This document shows, in pieces, positions 58,001 through 64,000 of a stretch of 64,000 bases of DNA (its first letter is position 1; each line of letters opens with the position of its first letter). The notes beneath the pieces were generated by a model. The model did no database searches and was not told the origin of the DNA. It saw nothing but the letters and a program-made list of their open reading frames with translations. The stretch is from Euglena gracilis (lineage: Eukaryota), in the NCBI GenBank assembly GCA_039621445.1, contig CP154954.1, positions 3,167,715 to 3,231,714 on the forward strand. The letters run 5' to 3'. Made by a program: the position numbers and the translations under genes.

Positions 58001-61000
58001 AGCTGGACGGAGCTAGCCTGGACCCCCCCTCCCGAGGTGGGGGTTCAGGGAGAGGGTCCAGCCGGCTGGCAGCTGGACCTGGAAGGGGCAAAAAAGGACA
58101 ATGCCAGCCAGATTTTTCAGCAAAAAAAATATCAGGTGGAAAACCAAAAACCACTCAAAAATGCTATTTTGACCCCCTTTTTTTTAAAAAAAAATTGGCG
58201 CTTTGCACCAGCCTGGCTTTGCCAGGCAGGCCCAAACTTCATTTCAGCGGACTCCGGGGGTGGGGGGGGGTGGGGCTGGAAAAAAAGGAGCTGGCTGGCT
58301 GGACCGGGGTCGCCTCCAGCTCAAGAAAAACCCTGGCACCAAGCAATCCCTATCCAACAGCGAGGCATGTCAGGGGAGGAGCGGCGCAAGCCAGAGGGAA
58401 GGAGGCAGTGACAGTGGGGTCGTCAAAAGGCACAGCTGCCCCCCAACTCTGGAAACAGGTACAATCTACGAGTGTACGACGCACAAACACAAAAAACCTG
58501 GTGGTGGGAAGGAATATATTGTGCCGATATATCCATATATGTGTGTACATATACGTGTAAATGTACACATATATGTCGATATATATGTGTGTGTATGTAC
58601 ATATGAGAGTGTGTTTGCATGTATATACAGACATATATGAAAAAAAATATATTTGTATTTATGTGTACATATGTCGATATATATACATATATATACTTAT
58701 ATATATATATTACGTGTGTCCATGCACATAAATATGCCGATATATATGTACACATATTTGTATATGTCGACAGAGGGTGGAGGGACAACCATACAGTACA
58801 CAGCAGTTTTCCGCTGAGACGGCACTGTCGTCAATACGACGCGGAGGAGGTCACTGGAAGCCTGCACCTGTCCAGCAGCTGGCCTTGGGTGGATGTAGCC
58901 ACGCCAGCCGGCCAGAAAAGAACGGCTGGGGAGACCAGAGACGGGCGAAGGGCCTGATGGGGTTGGGCAAGACAAGCGTGGCTGGTGCAGGTCCAGGCAG
59001 CCGAGGACATGGACTCACTAAGTGACCCAATGAGCGACCAGGCAGCTTTTACATAAGACAAACCCACACATCCACTTTTTTTGTGAAAACCCCACCCATC
59101 CAGGTTTTCACAAGCAAAGAGACCTGTGTTCACTTGAAAAAAAAAATAGTCAACAATATTTGATGGGGAGGGCACGTTGTGTTGTATTTTTACATCTGTA
59201 AAAATACAACAATAAAAATACAACAATGTTACATTTTGCCTACCTACACATTCCTTGCAACTGGACTGTTGTTTGGAATTACCCACCCCACTCTGACCGT
59301 TCAGTACCCGGGAGCAAGCACAGAGCACCGCAGAACCCTCCCAAAGGTCGAAATTACTGGTAAATCGCTCACTATACCTGAACACAATTCTGCAAGTGGA
59401 AGGGGGGGACGACCATGTTTTCATTTCTCCTTCCAGCAGCCTCCCCGGGGGCTTAACACACTGCCAGTTGGGAAGCCTCGACCTTGCCAGCGGGTGGAGA
59501 GGGAGCGGGGCTGGCTCTGCCTGTGGGAGGGCGGCAGCGCAGGGTGTTGGCCGACCCCACAGCACCGGAGCAAAGCGACAGCGCGGAGCCATCGGTGAGC
59601 TCGTCAGACGGGCGACTGGGGACCGAAACCCCCAAACTACCGCACATGCAGAAAAATACACAAAGAATGAAGCACTTGCAATTTGTGTGCAATGCGAAGG
59701 ACCGAAGGAAATCTTGTGAGTCCTTTGAATCAGACAGATGATGGTTTTTAGCCCATTGGGTGACACATGCACACATAATCACAACACAGAGTTAGCATAT
59801 TCCGAAACGTGCTGTAATTAAATGAAGATAGCCCTCCAAAAGAGTGCCAGCATTCAATGCTGCGGGGGCTGTACCCACAGCAACAGCTTGGGTCTAAGGT
59901 ATGGTACAGACGGGGGTGGGGCTGGCATAAATGGCTGAGGAGTGGCCCAAATTGCCCAACCCCTCCATCTTGGGCCAGACGCTGATCCCACCCTGCCACG
60001 CCACCGTCCGCTCGTTTTGACGGTCTGGAAGCGGGGTAAATGGTGATGGGGACAATGTCTGTGAGTGCCTGTTCTTTGTATTTAATCGTGCAAATGAAAA
60101 AAAAAGAGTGGTGAACTGTGTGGCATCAAAACTGTTATTTTGTGCGCATGGCCAGACATTTTTGCTGGAGGCGCTGCCGTAATTGATTTAAATTTAAATT
60201 TACTAGAAAAAATACCTCAACGTCTAACAATTTCCTGGTTTCTTGTTCACTGCGACTTTGCTTACCCCCAATGTGAAAAGAAAATGTGAATAATAAATAT
60301 TTTAAAACGCTCCAAGCAATAAAATAACTTGGAAAATCAACTGGAATAACAGCGAGGAAAACTAGATTCAACATTGAAGATAATAAAAGGGTTTTTTTGC
60401 ACCTTCAATTGCCCTTTTACAGAAAGAGCTCTTCCAACAATTTTTCCGAAAAATGGGTTTTGGGGCCACCTATGCCGGCTCCACCACCACCCACACCCTG
60501 ATGAGGCCTTTCCTTGGAAATGGCGGAGGGGTTGGGCTGGGCAGTCTCAAGGGTCAGGCCACTGTTCCCCAGCCAGCCTTGGGAGAGGGGGGGGAGGGCA
60601 GCCACACTGTTGTCACCCGCATGTTGCTGGCTCGAGCAATAGGGTATACTGGCTTTTGTTTCAGGGCCATTTCTTCCAGTGTCCAGCAAAACGCCCAGCC
60701 AGTGGACCCCCCCCGGGAGTCCACTGGCCCGGTCCAAAGATGTTTGGACCAAAAATTGACCGCCTGTTCATAGATTTTTGCAGATTTGGCAGTTTCTTCC
60801 CTTTTAATAGATAGAGAGAGATGAGTAAAAATAGAGAGAACGAGAGAGAGAGAGTAGAGCGAGAGACAGAGACAGAGAGATATGTATATATATATAGATA
60901 GTTAGATATATATATATATAGTATAAGATAGAGAACGACGACAGAACATAGAGAAGAGATATGGGACTAGAGAGATAGATAGTACTCAGAGAAGCGAGAG

Positions 61001-61990
61001 GGAGATAGCGTATAGGTATGGAGGACAGAGACAGAGATATGTATATATTAGAGGTAATATAGAGAGCAGACATAGATATATAGACATCTACGATATGATA
61101 CAGAGGAGATATAGATCTGATGATATAGAGATAGATGAGATAGATATAGATATGATAGATATATATATAGGATATAACTCAACTAACTCAATGTCCCCCC
61201 CCCGGGGGGGGTCCCAGTAGTTGTACCTACCGGGGCCTTCGGCCGCCCAGGTGAAACTACTGGGACCCCCCTTGGGTTTTCCCTGGGGAAACCGACCCAC
61301 CGCCGGGAACTTTTTCCGCCGGCGGGGGTATTTTCGGGTTATTTTTGGGAATAGGGTTAAGGTTCGGATTCGGGTTAGGGTTGGGGTTAGGGTTAGGGTC
61401 GGGGTTCGGGGGAAATTAGGCAGTGGGGCCATAATTTCGGCCGAACTTAGGCCGAATTTCCGAGACAGTTTTATACCTGAATTTCAACCCAATTTCGGCC
61501 TGACTGTTTTCCCAAATCGTAACCCTAACCCTACCCCTTATTTTAACCCCAACCCCGATCCCGTAACCAACGGAAATACGGCGCGTCGGGGCACGAAAAC
61601 CAAAATTTGGAGTTGGTGAAAGAAGTGGGACCCCCGCCCCCAGGTTAAACTACTGGGCCCCCCCCCCCGGGGGGGGGGGGGCAGTGAGTTAGTCTTGCCA
61701 CATATATATACATATATACACATATATACACATATATATGTATGCATATATATACATATATACATATATATGCATATATATAAATATATGTACATATATA
61801 TACATATACATATATGAAGAAATATATATAATAATGTATATAATATATACATATATATACATATATATGTATACATATATCTACATATATATATATTATA
61901 CATATACATATTATATATTATATATATATATTTATAAATTATAAATTTTATATTTATATATTTATAAATTTTTATAAATTATAAATTTTA

Positions 61991-62031
<41 letters not shown>

Positions 62032-62630
62032 TTCTTTCCCCCCTTGAGATTTTGTCGAGGCGCCCTCTCATGTCTTACATGTTTTATTCTGCAACAAGGC
62101 CGGCAGACTGCCAAACGAGGCCTGGTGGAGTGGGCGGTTTATTTTCGGAGATCGTCATGAACATACTATGCATATTATATATTATTATAGACAATAGGGA
62201 CGGCAATCACAGTGTTGGGGTGGGGGATGGAGACTCTTTAAACCAACAGTGTTCTAGAGAGAGGCCGGGCCCCACTGAGCGGTTTAAAACAAAACAAAAA
62301 TGCGAAATGTATTGCACGCTGGAACAAATAATCTCCTGTTCAAAATTGCAAAAAAAAAATGACGAAGCGGCGTTTGACTGGACAGAATGTGACAATTATC
62401 TCTTCTTCCTTGTTTCTTTTTTCAACACACTGAATCATTTTTTTGTGATTTATCCGGAGTTGATCAAGCTCGCATCTCCGAGGCAATAAACCCTCCCCAC
62501 CCTCAGTTTTTTTTTGCCAACTGGAACCCACTTGTGGTGACACCCAGGTGGTCAACATCGCTGTCGTTTCAAAAGCACAACAGCATAGCAACGTGGCCAT
62601 AACCAGCAGGTATCTCCTTTGCACGTCCCA
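52090..62630 (-). CDS. Scattered candidate exons (Ufd2 N-terminal extension and/or a further gene), not assembled
   Basis: Short coding-like minus-strand segments, several with AG/GT flanks: 55015-54968 [16 protein letters not shown], ~54619-54570 [16 protein letters not shown], ~52481 [11 protein letters not shown], ~57450-57385 [22 protein letters not shown], ~57110-57074 [12 protein letters not shown], ~58867-58826 [14 protein letters not shown]. No recognisable family. Confidence 0.3.
54018..54175. repeat. (TATG)n microsatellite
   Basis: Direct inspection. Confidence 0.95.
57936..58335. mobile_element. hAT-like MITE with perfect 8-bp TSD GCACCAAG
   Basis: Ends CAGGGGTTCTCTTAAG...CTCAAGAAAAACCCTG; internal ggctggctggaccccc motifs shared with the 15309-15818 element. 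Confidence 0.85.
61182..61693. mobile_element. TIR element inside a (TA)-rich microsatellite, carrying telomere-like repeats
   Basis: actaactca..tg.(C)n(G)n.cccagtagtt at the left is mirrored at the right end; internal GGGTTA and TAACCC runs in opposite orientation. Confidence 0.6.
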
Positions 62631-63489
62631 AATTAAAATAAAACGAGCGATCCAGCAAACTTTGTATCTGCGCAGTTGGCAGCGGGCATGCTCTCACCAC
62701 ATTGCACAACCTTCTTCCCAAAATTGCTTCTCTCACAAAATAATACACCTAAAAATCAAGGTACATAACAAGAAACCGATGAAAGGCATCACGGCAATCA
62801 AGGCTTTAATCCTCCTTTGCTTGTGCCTTGGAATAAAGGGGAAAAACAAATGTAATTGAAAAGGTGAAATTGTTTTTTTGGTCACACCGTCTCATAAATC
62901 TTCCAATGCAGACAATGTCCAGCATTTGAGACCACTGGATTCACTTAGTGAGCCCAGGGAGACATTTTCCTGCGCTCAAACCCACCCCCATCCAATTCTT
63001 TCTGAAAACACACCCAGCCCACCCAAGAATACATATCCAGGCAACCAACCAAAATTCCCAAAACTGGTCGCCGAGAACCGTTGAATTTACACTGGTTTTT
63101 TTCTGACCCATTACGGCAACCCAAACCCACCCACAGACTCAACCACCCGAGGGCGGTTAGACCCCCCCCCCAGTCCAGCGAACAATCAGGTGTCAAAATT
63201 TGCGGTCTGAACAGGGGGGTGTTCATGGGACCAGCATTCATTGGACACGGTGGGGTCTAACAAACTGCGGGGTGCATGTACTATGGGTTGTCTGCCCTTA
63301 GGAGGCACCCCCGCGGGGGGGGTCAGTTTTCAGTTCCAGTGCCAGCCGACCAGGCACCGATGGTCACGTCCCATTTTGGTGCCATGGTCGACCCTGATGA
63401 GCCCCGATCGCCCGGTCGCTCCTGGTTGGCCCTGGTCGGCCGCGGTCGGCAAATAATTGGGCACAGGTGGGGGGCATGACAAAGAAAAT

Positions 63490-64000
63490 TAGGCATAAGC
63501 CATTTTTTGCCAACTTTTGCTCACATTTGGTCTCTTAATGGCCTCTTTTGAGCAGATTCCATCCATTTTGCCCAGTTTTTGCTGCTTTTGGCACTGTGGC
63601 CCACTTTGGGCCGCTTTAAGCCATTTTTGGTTGCCCTTTTTACCACGTTTGGCCATTAGAGGCCTACTTCTGCTACATTCTGGCCACTCTTGGCCGATTT
63701 TTGCCCACTTGAGGCTGCTTCTCCTGCTTTTGGCCACTTTTGCCCATTTAAGGCTGCTTTTGCTGATTTTTGGCCAGCCTTGTGCACTTTTGATAACCTT
63801 TGGCTGCTTTCTGCTGCTTTTTTGATTGTTTTTGTTTCCCTTTGACTGCTTTTGCTGCTTTCTTGACTGCGTTTGGCCACTTTTGATGACTTCCACCGCT
63901 CTTTGCTGCTTTTTGACGAATTTTGGTCACGTTTGGCGTCTTTTGACTGCTTTTTAGCCACTGTTGCCGACTGTTAATCACCTTTTGGTGCTTTTTTTGA
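63490..64000. repeat. Degenerate tttggcc/ggccaaa-rich dispersed repeat (similar tracts at ~7320-7530 and ~51240-51740)
   Basis: Recurrent tttggcc/ctttt motifs; no exact alignment attempted. Confidence 0.5.

Overview
Eukaryotic nuclear DNA, very likely from a photosynthetic euglenid (Euglena-like). This is inferred from euglenid-type nonconventional introns and a class I plastid-targeting presequence. All reconstructed genes are on the minus strand and split into many small exons, so the ORF track is mostly noise. (1) A complete 26-exon plastid-targeted GidA/MnmG gene (23268->2421, about 800 codons); 19 of its 25 introns lack GT-AG ends and are bounded by base-pairing ends. (2) A Ufd2/UBE4-type U-box ubiquitin ligase (at least 30 exons, 50898->25291) with almost only GT-AG introns. 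(3) The first two exons of an unidentified gene starting at 1200. (4) Possible further exons at 52-63 kb. The introns contain many non-autonomous elements with CAG...CTG terminal inverted repeats and 8-bp target-site duplications (hAT-like MITEs), some TA-flanked MITEs, and microsatellites. Main observation: nonconventional intron geometry (3 nt before the stem plus 5 nt after it = 8 nt) equals one hAT element plus one 8-bp TSD, and some gidA introns still keep that 8-bp duplication. Exon boundaries were derived by hand and may be off by 1-2 nt; homopolymer noise is evident.
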